From Tubulanus polymorphus (lineage: Eukaryota; Animalia; Nemertea): DNA of 64,000 bases. This document shows, piece by piece, positions 49,976 to 63,091 of this stretch. The stretch is from NCBI RefSeq assembly GCF_964204645.1, contig NC_134030.1, positions 8,413,122-8,477,121 of the forward strand. The letters are read 5' to 3'. Position 1 is the stretch's first letter. Each line of letters opens with the position of its first letter. The notes below the pieces were generated by a model. That model saw only the letters and a program-made list of their open reading frames with translations. It was not told the DNA's origin and ran no database searches. The position numbers were made by a program, and so were the translations under genes.

Positions 49976-52379
49976 GCTAGAAAAAACGAACAAGAATGCA
50001 TTGTGATTATAGAACAAAAAATCTGTGCAATCTAAAATCTGTAATAGAAACTCAGACACTATAAACTACTTAACTTCATTCACACCGTGTTCGATAAAAA
50101 AACATGTATTATTATCAGATTATAATTTCAATATAACTCAGTTTGATATTTTATGATTGTGGTGAATACAATCTCGAGAAAAATAATAACAATATGTTTA
50201 TTTAATGGGGCCTCTGCATTTACGTACTGCTAGGTTCTCATCTGTAAACTTTTGGAAGCGATCGTAAAAATAAGGATTGAACGAGTGTCTGTGACTATTG
50301 GCAACCCCAGATGCCTCAACCAGATTCATTCACAGTAGCGAGAAACGACTGTTAAACACACGAATAGCTACACCATTTCGGATGGAGAAAAGCCCGATAT
50401 TTTACAGCTGTTTTCGTTGTCTCCCACTTTCTCCGCAATTGTATATTCGATGGGAATTACGGAGTTGCTATCGGCGTTCATTTACATCCCTGCTGTTGCA
50501 TTCGTTTTGCTCCATTCAAACATCTAACAATTTTTTTCAACGATAGTCGTGGTTAAGAGCTAAATCTAAAGCATTAGAATATAAATACAAACGGTGAAAA
50601 TAGAAAACAACAATTATTTAACAGAAATGGATTTATTTCATTTTGCAAAATGTTTAGAATCAAATACTCTTGGAAAGCCATTTCCATTTGGGCGCATCGA
50701 GCTCGAGCATTTTGTGCTAGGCCGCACATCTATCACAACGTTTCATCATATTGATCTGCCTAAGACTGTATCTATATTTCTTCTTGAACGAGCAATTCTA
50801 CGTATAAACATATGCATGCTATTAAGATACATAAAGCGGAGTATTTATGTATTTGTGATGCTATTTCTTCTTTCGTTCACATGCACACATCCATCATTTC
50901 TTGATTCGATGGTGATTTTTATACATACGTTTCATGTATTCTTATTTTCATGTAGATACTATTTTCCTAAGATCAACATGAAATACAGCATATTTAGAAA
51001 TAAGTAAAGACTAGAAGGGGCGAATATAGAAATCTGAGCAGATGTGGCCAAGCGCAGTGTTTACCCAGATATACTTTTCTATTTTTTAATGAAAAATGCA
51101 TTCATGATTTGTGCATTACCCACAGTATTTTCCGGCAGACGCCGAAACAGCAATCGATAAAGATTTGAATTGTGGTTAGTTTCATCATTGATATGATTGG
51201 TGTCACTATCAGAAAATTTTTAAACACGGAGCTGGTGAGAACCGCTAACCCCCCTCCCCCTGGATTTACCCCTGACTATATTAACAATAGTTCATAATAA
51301 AACTTTTAAGCGGAACGGAAGTAGATAAGAAATGTATATATGCCATCCGATCAGAAACAATTTCAAGAGTGAATTGCAAAACAGCATCGAATGCACAAAA
51401 CGTCAGATGTCAGTATGCGCCTTGCGAATACATTCTCTTATCTAACTATTTTCGAGCGGTTGGTGACGTTTGGAAAAAAGAAATGCCGCGTTGACGTTAT
51501 GTTTTATTCAACGTCACGTTTGGCATTTTTATAGTCGTGGAGCGGAAAGCTGTTCACGGAGTTTTGCAAGCAACTCCCACCTCCTTGGTTCGATCGAAGC
51601 GATCGGCTCATTTTGTTCTGTTAGTTTTTCGAAATCGTTTGTTAGTTTTAGTTTTTGTTCGTTAGTTCGTGTACGATGAGAATGTCAAGATTCATCGGGC
51701 AGCTGTGACGCCCTGACTACCGAATACGGCAGTTCGAGTCGATATAAAATTTTTAATAAGAGATTCTATTTACTCCCCGCAATCTGAAACATTATATTTC
51801 TATTCTGGCTGCTGTAAAACTATTCGCATTTCTGGGTTTACCAAAAATTCAACCAATATAATCAATGATTGTGTTAGTACCAAAGAACCAATCGCTACAA
51901 CCGACGCGAAACTTAACGATAAGAGTATTGTTGCGGTAAAAACGAACTAGCGGGCTCTATGTTGAATCAGAAGAGATAAGTTCTTAAACACCCACCCATT
52001 AACAGCAATATTCAGAGCTATCGTTCTTATTTTATAAGGTGGCGTAATAAAATTTGTCGAGCATCGCTCGACTCAATTCTAAAATCGCTCTCCTGAGCGT
52101 TATAGATTATTGATACGATGCAATGATAATTCTACCTGTCAGAAATGCTCAGCGTCGATCACGGTTCAAATCTATCATCTTCTTTTTTGTTCAAAGCTGC
52201 CGATTATGCAGAGCAACCCGTTAAATATGTTTGGAATCATAATTCAACTGCCACATACCTGTAGTATTTAATCCCCAATACCATCTTCCTTGAGTTATAT
52301 ATTTTGTTTTCGGTCAGGTAAAACTGATAGGTCCTCTTTGAAAGATGCCAGCGCCCGATGTGAGACCAATACGCGTTGG

Positions 52380-52633
52380 TGACATCACTTTTGCTAGCTA
52401 CGTCACGGTCATCAATGACCGTTTGGGTGCATGATCCGCTAGACAAAGTTTCGTTCCAACTCCGAACACCCTGACTGCTTTAATGACATCACCATAAATG
52501 AAATTTCAAATTCAATATTGCTATCAGCCGCGCGAATATAGCCCGGATCAAAGAGTCTCAACGCCTTTGTGAAATCTCAGCGCGCCCGGCAGACGGTTTC
52601 ATCGTGGGCGTTGATGACGTCACCGTGATGTCA
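52380..52633. promoter_or_regulatory. Second CRE-like cluster, upstream of the peptide-precursor coding exons
   Basis: TGACGTCA (52615), TGACATCA (52380, 52484), TGATGTCA (52626), TACGTCA (52399); minus-strand TATAAAA at about 51527-51533. Confidence 0.4.
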
Positions 52634-54238
52634 TCAAGATTTCGCATCGAAAAGCAGACGGCAATAAGGACCGAGGTCGTGACTCCCAACTACAAAATGA
52701 ATCCGGAATAGATTATTCGAATTTAATAACAACCCAGCATCAGTCACCGGGTTATGAAGCTATACGATGTAGGTCGGTATTGTCGGATCCCAATATGTTA
52801 AATTGCCATCTAAGAGAGCTTGGCCTTATTCATTTGCGCGTGGTTACGTTTGAAATGCAGCGCCCATTCAGCCCGCTAAACGAAGTTACTTTGCCCGGCG
52901 GCTGTATTGTATCATCACCGAGCGCGACGAGTTTTACTTGCTCCATGTCCGGTAGCTGGTTAGATATATGAATTCAATCGAAACGCCCGAGCCATCCAAA
53001 TAAAACACGATAGACATGCGTGAATTGGCTATCATCTAGTTCTCTATATGACACTGACCTTTGGTACCGAAAGTATTCAACTCGGAAAAATTAGGCTATC
53101 TTTACCTACTCATTGGCTTTCTATGCAGGAGTAGGTATGAGATTGTCTCCCGGCGATTTGGGTAATCTTTTAACACGGAGCGACGTAAACAAGTGCCGTC
53201 ACCCGAAATGAGTAGCAATCATTAAACTTCGTAGGTGACAGTTGAAAATATTGCCCTAAAGCCACGACGGGAAAAACACGACTACAGCGTTGTGTCGTCA
53301 ACATTTAGCTATTTATTTTTTCTGATCGCGAACATGAGATATGTTGATGCATAACGGCTGGCGACAACCGCGCAGAATATCAGTTCCGTTGGCGGTGTTA
53401 AGAGTTTATGATGACGAATACCGTCTACGACGCTGCCAAAAACCGACGATAAATACAACCGTATACTGAAAAACGCCTTATCTAACGTCATTTTACCGGT
53501 TGGTAATTTTTCTCCGCGAGAAAAAGAAGCGGAAACACGAAGTATGAATATTTTGCGTAACGACGGATGTTTCATGATTAATAACTAGAGCAAATTTCCT
53601 TTTTCAATACTAAAGATAGACTTTTACGTAAAAAAGACCCACTTTATCTGCCTTTATCATCATCGTCGTGAACCAAATTTTCCTCGATTAGGCCTATATG
53701 GAATCAAGATATTTTTTCCGACATTGAAATTTTCATGGTATTTTAATGATTTGATTAATGAATTTTCTTTTTACCGATCTTCATAATTTGGCGCAACGTT
53801 CTCGAACTTTTCTATCGAAAACAAGACATTTTCTACGCCGCACGATCAGTAAAATGTATCTATCAAAGGTAATTCAACGAATAATGAAAGAAATCCATCT
53901 ACGCCCATTCGCGGAATCGTTCAGACCAGATGGGGGGGGGGGGTTCTCGCGTAGAGGGCGGTGGCTTCGGAGAAAGGCGCGTGTATTCACATAAATTCAC
54001 ATCCAAACCATTCCAATACAAAAGCGATTAAGAAGATTTGCCAGGGATTTTTGGAAAATAAATATCATATTAATTACCCGCATCCCAGCAGGACTTATGC
54101 CAGTCGCATACCGCAGTCGAACAATTAATATCGCCGTTTCTCCTACCTGGCACAGTTTTCAGATGTATATTACTGATGTTGGAACTGAACCAGAGAGTGT
54201 GGTTGACGTCTATTCAACAGATCGCAGTGTTCAACTAT

Positions 54239-54606
54239 AGCCGCGATCACACGGAGGCGATTTGACCCGGGTCAAATTGGCACGAATTAGGGCTCGTGTC
54301 AAATTTAGCCCGTGCCAAATTAGAGAGTGCGTTCACACGCAAACCACTCACTCTATATGATACTAAACAATGCTAAAAAAAGCGAAGAGAGTCATTTCCG
54401 GAACCAGTGACAATCCAAACGCAATCATTTGTGCTAAAATTTGGCTTTGGTCTGGTCCGACGTTGTGCTAAAATTTGGCTTTGGTCTGGTCCGACGTTTT
54501 TGGTCGGGCCAAATTTGTGGCACGGGCCCATTTTGCACCCGTTCGAACAGTTAGTTGGTCCGGGCCAAATTTGGCACAGGCCAAAAACGCTCGTGTGATC
54601 GCGGTT
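54239..54606. mobile_element. PIF/Harbinger-like MITE with subterminal repeats
   Basis: TIR agccgcgatcacacg / cgtgtgatcgcggtt flanked by TA; subterminal ggcacg/ccaaattt repeats; internal 35-bp tandem duplication (54430-54498). Confidence 0.75.
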
Positions 54607-55055
54607 TATATCTTAGATTCGGAGTAGAAGAAAATTGTGTCATTTTTGCCTCCGTCGAACGCGGACAACTGCGCATAAAATGCTTCGATTAATCTATTAT
54701 TGGAATTTTATTGCAGCGCAGTTTTTGCATATAATGTACTGATTACTTGGGGAGGAATTTATCCCGGCTTTCAATATCTATGGCGCTAATGTATAAACGA
54801 ACTCACGCGTATAAGATTTGATTTGCCGGGGGAAGTGTCGCAAACCACGAGGACCGAACCTTTCCCCCAAATCATAATCCATTTAATCATATATGTAACC
54901 AGACGAGAAAGATTTATGATGACAAACAATATGAAAAAGGAGATATAAATCGAACTTAATATTCTGTATCCTTGATATTCTTGGTGTTGTTGGTTAGATT
55001 TCATATCAGGTTAAATCATCCACATCTATATCGAGATATACATAGAAATGATATA

Positions 55056-55204
55056 ACAAATAAAAAGCCACAGTAGATATGTAGAAAAGTTTATTAACTA
55101 ACACTTTCGGGGTTTCTCCTAAACATCAGAAACAACTAAAATGATACAATAATGAATTACAGTAATTCAAAAATTCTACGTATCTACTGTGGGTTTTTAT
55201 TTGT
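55056..55204. repeat. Inverted repeat (arms of about 31 bp) enclosing a decayed hammerhead-like motif on the minus strand
   Basis: acaaataaaaagccacagtagatatgtagaa / ttctacgtatctactgtgggtttttatttgt; minus strand reads ctgatg..gaaagtgttag; arm shared with 14725-14744. Confidence 0.6.
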
Positions 55205-55510
55205 TAACTCTGCACTGAGATAAATATCAGTTCACTATAGTCAGAAGTATACATTCATTTCCTAATATTCTAAACGTTTTTCTATTGTGAAAGAAATAAA
55301 TTTTTATCTTCAACGGTGAGTGGTTTAAAACGCATACGAGACGGGTAAGAATATTTCGGCTAACACGCAAACCTCCTACATCGATCACGGGGCCATTAGA
55401 CAATCACGTTACCTTTAAGACCATCGCAGATGTTAGATTTTTTCCAGTATTGTAAAAGACATATATACATTGGTGAAACACTATCAATGCCCGTGTCGTG
55501 AAGATGTCTA

Positions 55511-55625
55511 GAGAATCCCACACTAATATAAGACTAGACCGATGAAGTCCGAAAAGTTTCCTTAAAGCTAACAATTTATTGATTCGACGTTTCGACTATA
55601 ACCTGATCATCTTCATCTTCGGGAA
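55511..55625 (-). repeat. Single copy of the arm of the 7.5-kb palindrome
   Basis: gaagtccgaaaagtttcctta.agcta..attcgacgtttcgactataacctgat matches 7528-7581. Confidence 0.8.
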
Positions 55626-56299
55626 TGGTTTTAGAGTCATTAGAATATTCAACCGTCTTTTTTTTCAAATTTCGCATTAATTCTGATAAAACGAGATGTC
55701 TGACATAACGAAGCTATATTTTGAGGTCATCGTTCACTGCCTGAAGTCGGTTGACATTAGTCGTGTCCGTGGCCTGAAATCGAATTCAAATATATCTCAG
55801 TCACGACCCGTCGTCGGGGGCGATACGAATTGTTTTCGGCAGTATTTATTCATTATTAACGATGCTGTCCCCCAGACGTGGCAACGAGCGGCCTTTATCT
55901 GTTAACGAATAGTTGCGTTATGTGACATTTCGCGTCCAAACAACAAATTGAGAGATCAGCAGTTGACCACAACGTTTTCTCGCCAATAGCCGAGTGATTG
56001 ATGATATGTAATTCATTACCGAGACTTCTCGACGTGAAGACGTTTAAATGGTCACCGAACCGCTTTAAGACGGCGGTCGCGTCTCGGATGCACATATTAT
56101 TCGGTAACTTCATATTGGAGGACGTCGGTCACTTTCGAACGAGTTGACAAACAACGATTGCTGATTTTTCGCAAGCACGTTTGTGACCTTTATTTCGCGC
56201 TCACGTCTGCCAACAGCTACCGAGTATACATCACATTTCGCGGGGAGCGTTAGAATATGATTCATTCATAGAAATATGTATGAGCTGGTCTGCTTAAAT

Positions 56300-56660
56300 C
56301 GCAATTTTGACGTCGTAAAAACCGTAACAATAATGTCTCTATAAACATTTATGCTAATGCGTTCTGTAACAGTGGATGTTATCAATATTGGCGTTTCAAA
56401 ATGACATTTACAGTTGTGAAATCTGGCATTCATTTTGTAATTAGATATATTCTATAACTCTTAATTCATTTTTGATAAATTTTGAAGATAAATTTTTAGA
56501 GGATTGGCACCTTTTACGTTATCAATATATCGGGGCTAGACTGGTTGCAGGTCAATTCAATTCAATTCAATTATGGATGTATGCAAATTCAAAATGACTT
56601 TATCGATCTTTAATTCGTGTTTCAAATTTCTTTTATCAACTTTCAGTCGTTAGTTTCCTT
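56300..56660 (+). repeat. Dispersed repeat of about 420 bp, copy C (more diverged)
   Basis: See copy A. Confidence 0.7.
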
Positions 56661-59204
56661 GTCTTATACTACTAACAAAACAATTCATAATTGAAACGAG
56701 ACATCGCTAGTCATCGCCAACATTCATTTGCCATACATCGTACGGCGACGATGCGGCCGAAATCGGATCGGAAGCGTCATCGCAATCAGCAGAAAAGCAG
56801 TTCGGTGGTTCACGGTTCGGTAGACAATTGGTATTCAGGTTATGTCCGAAATTGAAATCGCTGAATTAATGAAGCGTCGATAACAGTTATTCAAAGTAAA
56901 TGCGCTATTTCTATATTGGGCCCGCATACGACTGGATGAACACGCGACAACTACGAGACCGGATTATGATAATAATGATAATAATATTAATCGTAATAAC
57001 GATCCCGTATTAATTAACGCTGTGTAGCATTCTTGATATTCAATATCGATGAGACGAAAATTAAGCCGTCGTCAACGCTTTTCGCTGATCTCCTTTGACT
57101 TATCGTTGAACTGATTCTACGGTCAAATATTCTCTTTCGATCAGACAATCAATTCATTGCATTTCGAATATATATAGTTCCAAATTATGTTTTTCGATGA
57201 AATTATACAAAATTCAGGAATGCCGTAACCTCTTGAAAATGACGTTTCGCTTCTAAATGCATTGTTACTCTAAATGCATTGTTACTCTAAAACTCTAATT
57301 GATTAAGAACAAAATGAAAAATTAATTTCATATTAAGATACATGATTTTGACAAACAATGAAACAATAAAATCGAAAGAAATAGATATAGAGAAAAGAAA
57401 TGTTTATTCTACATTCTAAATGGACTCAACAATGAAAAAAAGAACAGCAATGAAAAATCCTTCTTATATTATATATCATATTAGAAGTCTAAAAATCAAT
57501 TCATGATCTAAAATCTGAACTATTCAACTTACTTGTAGCAGAACGGTCCTCGGTTTTGGTATTAACAGCTGTTTCCTTTAGAAAGAGAAAGTTTGCGGTC
57601 GTTTCCTTGTGACTCTTTCTGTCATTGTCGTTAGACGCTAGTGACGCAGCGCAAAATGCATTTATAACAAAGCAATAATCCGAGAAGACAAATCAATTTG
57701 ACATGTTCAATTGATTATCTTCTATCAACGGCCAGGTCAGGTTTATCAAACGAAAAGTGAAAATGCAGCGGCGTGAAAAACTAATGAGTTTTGGTGACGT
57801 GTCGTGGAGATCGTCCGGATTTTTTAATCGACGGGGCGTCGACTGGTTCGGGAATGACGGAGTGGTGGCGTCCTACAGCGTCTTAGAGAGAGACAAGAAA
57901 AAACTGCAAGTTTCCGTCGGTTGTCGACGGACGGTATAGCTTCGCACTCAAACGCGGTGACGTTTCAACTCGTGTGCGCGCAGTGACAATTCCGATGCGT
58001 CATTATTAGTGCGAACTTCAAAGCAATACGGACGGCTAGCGATCCGAACACGATGCTATTTATGAATTCCGGGAATTCACTTTCAGAATCAAGGAACTTT
58101 CTATATGCGCGGCTATTGCGCTGACCACTGTAACGCTTTAAGGCGCAGACGGCTTGGTTCGGCGATAATATACGATTTACCTAGTTAAAAATAACTCTAG
58201 GGGGTATGGTTTGCCTGTAATTCGCTTCCTGGTATAAATTGACTCAAATACAACATTAATCAACAACGCAGTTTAAACTTAAATAGTTCCAGTAACTGTC
58301 TTACTAATAATGATAAATGTATTCAGAAAGACTTGGCAATATCCTTATCGATTATAAATGTTATTCAATCATTTAAAAAGAGCGGGAAAAAAGCGCTGCC
58401 GTTTTGGTCAAAGTGAGCATTCAGAAAATTCCCGTTAACATCCGTTCTCGACCTCATCTTATACTAGAGGGGCTGCTTCGAGCCATGTATAGAAGAAATC
58501 CCACATATTTTATTCAATAAAACCTAAAAAAATTGTTTCAATGAGCATTCAAACGAAAAGTAGTTTAAACGGACCAGTTCATGCGCAAGATTTAACGACT
58601 GGTTAGCCTCGTACGTGGAATTTCAGCAAGCCCAACGCTCAAGACGCTTAGGTTTAGGTTTAGCTTAATTTTGGGAATGCTCTTTCATGTTAGCTGCTAA
58701 TTGTCATGTCGAGGCAAGAGACGGCCGACTAATTTCGGCAATTCCCAAATCAATTGACGAGAGACAGCAATAAAGGTTTGATCCTGAAGTAGGCCTATAT
58801 ATAAAAGATAAATATCCCAAAAGCTTATCTTGTATGAACAGATACAAGACTGTATGATAAAGAATGTTTCAAAACTGCGAAAATTCTATTAAAGCTCAAT
58901 TTATCATTCATTAATCTATGTTTACTTAAGCAAGAATCTAGATATTTGACAGTAAAGTACAATTAAACAATTCATTATATTCATGAAATGATATTTTATA
59001 ACTTTGATATATTCAAGTAATAGTGTAATATTTCATTGTAGTTCGAATTGGATAAAACATTGTTCGTGGTATACCATTTCGAGCAAAACCGCTGGGTAAA
59101 TTCTGCCGAATATGTGTCACAGTAATTAAGTTAGCAAACGAAATAATGCATTGAATGTTCAGGATCACTTTTAAGATCGTATTTGTGGTCCTTGGGGACG
59201 AAGG

Positions 59205-62200
59205 TTATTGGTTTGACGTTGTGTCTTGAGATGAACTGTACGTAGCGCTGGATGATTCTTCCGGTAGACCGGCCAAACGGCGGTGGTACAAACGAAATAC
59301 TCGAGGTCTCAAAACAAAAAAGACGAAAATTAAGAATCCTTGGGAACCATTGAAAAATGTGTAGGCTATCTTTAGAACCGGGGTATTTCCGTAGCTAGCC
59401 AGAAAACCGAGATACCACGTTAATCCCATTATCAAAGATAACTTCATAATAATGACGTAGGAGCTGTTTGTTTTTTTCCGTTTCGATTTTAAAACTTTTG
59501 CCATCTTTTTAGCATCTCGTATTGCTCGCATTGTGAACCCGAAAAACAATAAATTAAAGACACAAATCACTGCGATGGGCAATAGAAAAGTATAGACGAG
59601 TTGGTCAGGGTTTGAGATCCAACACACTTGTTTGTCGGTGTATTTGAAGCCGGAGTTTTCTACCCAGAACGTTAGCGAGCCACATATAGCCAGTAAAACT
59701 GCCGGCAGTAGGTAAGCATAAGCGCAATAACGTCTGTAACAACGATACTTTTGGGACTCGTCTCTAATAGTCACGGGACCCCTGAAAGTTCTTAAGGTAT
59801 CGTAGCTGATGACGTTTGTCCAGAAGAACACGACGAGCCACAGATAATGCACGAACATGCCGACTATCGAACACAGCAGTGGACGAGAGAGTAACGATGG
59901 TTGGAAAATCACGGCGTTGAATAACAACATAACGATGAATAAAGAAGCACACATGTTCATCAATGTTTTACCGGGTATCGTACGCAGCGTTCTGAATAAT
60001 GAATAAGTAACAAGTACAACCGTTAAACCAAACAACGACAACGAGCAAGTGATTATAGTTAGTTTAGTCTCAATTTCCGTCGCAAGATCGTAGTTTTGTC
60101 GGTAGAACTCATCCATACAGACAACAACCGAATTACCACTGATCTGTATTTGATCTTCGTTCAGCTCGAGTTTCAAGCCTCCCAGTGTTTCGACTAGGAA
60201 AATACCATCTTTCGTTTCGTTCAAGTGTTCTCTGTTGTAAACCTGTCGCCGTCGGCAGACGTCTCTCTCACAAAGAGCAATATACTTTCTTGTCTGATTT
60301 TCATCCCGATAATTTCGATAAAAAATTCCCAGCTCACTTCTTACCGGTGTCCATTTCCTCAATGTCGAGTTATCACTCCCGAAGAGTGATATGTATTCTA
60401 CGCCATTTTGGACCGTCAGGTCAAACGCTTCGTCTCCGTATTCACGTAGATTCTTATCGTTGCAATTTTCCAAGTCACTTATTTTGAAATTTCTGATTCG
60501 AAATTCGTATTTTTCGATGGGCCAACAGAAAGTTATGTGTGATACCCCAACCCCGAGGCTGGTTAGAATATGATTACCGACATTCTCCAAACTTTCGTAC
60601 GTTACGGTATTCAAATCGGTAAATTCTACCGAATAGTAGAAACGATTGCTCCCGATTTCATTTGGCAATAAGCTTATCTTCCACGAAGTGTCCAACTTGA
60701 AACGTGCAATAACTTTCTCTATTACGTTGACAACAGACGTAGTTAATCGTTTAGTACATTTGTAAAGCACCTTCACATTTGCGAATAAAACTCTCGTTGC
60801 GTTGTATGGAAGAAATTCGGCGTGGAATTCGTCGGAATCGATGCATCTTTTTGAAATCGTGTTGTACAACGTGTTCTTAGCTTCGCAAGTTGGAATTGAC
60901 TGGAGCTTTCTCTTCGTTTTCGGATCAAGTAGATCTACCTCAGCGATGCCTGGTCTGGACAGATCAAATAGCACGGATAATCGTGGGTTTGAACCCATAT
61001 CGGTTACGCCATTTTGCGAGCTTTTATGGCACTGTACGTTGCTTGTATTGAAACCGTTGCACAATGCGCAATGTACATTGCGGAACACGCTGTCGGAATC
61101 GTTCACTTTAATTGGTTCGGTGTATTTATAACAAGGATGATCTTTACCGTGTACATGCGATGGACATCTCATTACTTGATCTGCGGTTCCTTTCGTAAAA
61201 CAGGGAGTTTCTGAATCGGTAAATATCAGTTTGAGTACGTGCTTCTTCAAACTCTGAAACACACTTCTCTGATCATCACTTATCCATTGTGAACGTTCAG
61301 ATGACGGCGGGTCAAACTCCAAGCCCACTTGCCGACTTTTACCATAATTGATATTCGAAAAATGGCAGCGAAGGCAATAGACGTTTCGGAAGAGAATGCC
61401 GCTGTATGAAATAGGGATAAAACTTAGTAAATCGGCCATCGTGGAATCATCGTGAATCGGCAGAGGATTTTCACACGCCTCAATCTCTTCGGCGCTGGTT
61501 TGCCGTGGACATTTCGCAACTGACCAGTAGTAATAAGTTTTATTTCTCCTGTAGAAGTATGGTACGCGGAAGAGTGTACACGAGGCGAATTGCGCGTAGT
61601 TTTGCGATACGGATATACTCATCGGCGTCGTGTAGGTTTGGGTTTTACATAACGCGTAGTAGTCCAAACAACATGTGCCCATCATCACGCACGATTCGTC
61701 ACAAGAACATACAGATGATCCACCTGCGCTTCCACAACGATCTTTACACGTCAACAAAAGACACGTTAGTGTAGCTGCAGTTAAATTGAACGACATTTCG
61801 TAACCTGAAAATTGTAAGCGAATTTACAAATTAGACGAGCGAATAAGCACACACGAAAACATACATTTCAAATGGAAACGTCTGTCGCATTCTATACGTA
61901 AAATGAGGAGATTAATTTCAGTTGACACTCGAGTAAAAGTTAGAAATAAGCAGCAACAAATCAAATTACAGAACGAAAAGGATAGTTTCGTGAGGATGAA
62001 GTTTGAATGTTTGTGGCAAGTATGCTGAATGAACATTTCGAACAAAAGAACGCGTTTGAAGTGTTTATCGATGACAATTCGTCCGAACGTCGAGTGAAAC
62101 ATTTTACAACATTCCATCGACGTAACAAAGGCGCGTAGAAAATGTATTTTGTCGTCGGGACTCTTGATGGGTACGGTACAAGTATTACCTGGTTCAGCGA

Positions 62201-62258
62201 TGACAACGGTTCGAACGCAAATAACAAAAACCAAAAAGATCAATATCACCGATTTCAT
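59205..62258 (-). CDS. Class B (secretin/adhesion/Methuselah-like) GPCR with N-terminal somatomedin-B domain, about 889 aa; exons 62258-62189 and 61804-59205
   Basis: Signal peptide MKSVILIFLVFVICVRTVVIAEP spliced in phase 1 to GYEMSF; SMB motif CKDRC...CSCDESC...GTCCLDY...C; two FRNVxCxxC repeats; 7TM with LRTIPGK, HYLWLVVFFW, CWIS, LIMGLTW, NGSQGFLIFVFF. Confidence 0.92.
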
Positions 62259-63091
62259 TTCTGTGCAGGCTTTCAATGGAAATCTAGATGTCAGTACATG
62301 TACAGTTGAATATTTCTTGATTCTAAACTGAAAGGACTTTACTCCGATTGGTTGTTACTTAATTACCTCATGAACGTTGATATCAAACGAAATTGCTATT
62401 AATGTTTATGTAACAAAAGAAGATTGTCCACTTCAATGTTAAACCGAGCGTGGGTTGTAGCGTGGGAAAAATTCTTCGTAAAGATCAGATCGATTAGTCA
62501 GCAATATGTATATGAATCAATTTTTGATATAGGCCCAATGGATTCGCCAATGCGCCCACTCACTTTGCCGCACGTGAAGCGCATTAAAATCACCCTCCCC
62601 ATCAGATGGCGTGATGAGCACTCGGTCTGACGATGTCAAAAATTAGTTCATCTTTAATGAACTTTGAACTAAATGTTCACCCATACATTGCCACGATACA
62701 TACAGGACCAACATACACGTCAGGACCAACTAAATATATAATGTAAATATACATATCAAATTCATTATGATACTTGATACTCAAGTAGGTATTGTAGGTA
62801 TTACCTCAAGTAGGTAAGTATATATACTGGAATAATTTGTTGTTCACGCTCATGGCCCCGGCAACGCTGCTAGTACGAAGCATATGAATTATATAACCAT
62901 TGTTCCGTGGATGGATCAGTACTCGTACAGTAATAATAATAAGTCGAGGCTAATTCCTACGACGTGTTGGCTATGATCGTCGTGTCATCGTATTTATTGT
63001 TAGGATTCCAATGTGGACGAAGAAGCTAATGAAGGTAAACGAATTTGTTAGAAAATTTCCATAACGGGTAGTCACAGTTAAAGAGAATAGA

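Noticed and set aside
50594-51007. 137-aa ORF
   Set aside because: GTG start, composition typical of AT-rich non-coding DNA, no motifs.
61824-62276. 150-aa minus-strand ORF
   Set aside because: Only the first about 23 codons from ATG 62258 are the GPCR signal-peptide exon; the rest is read-through into the intron.
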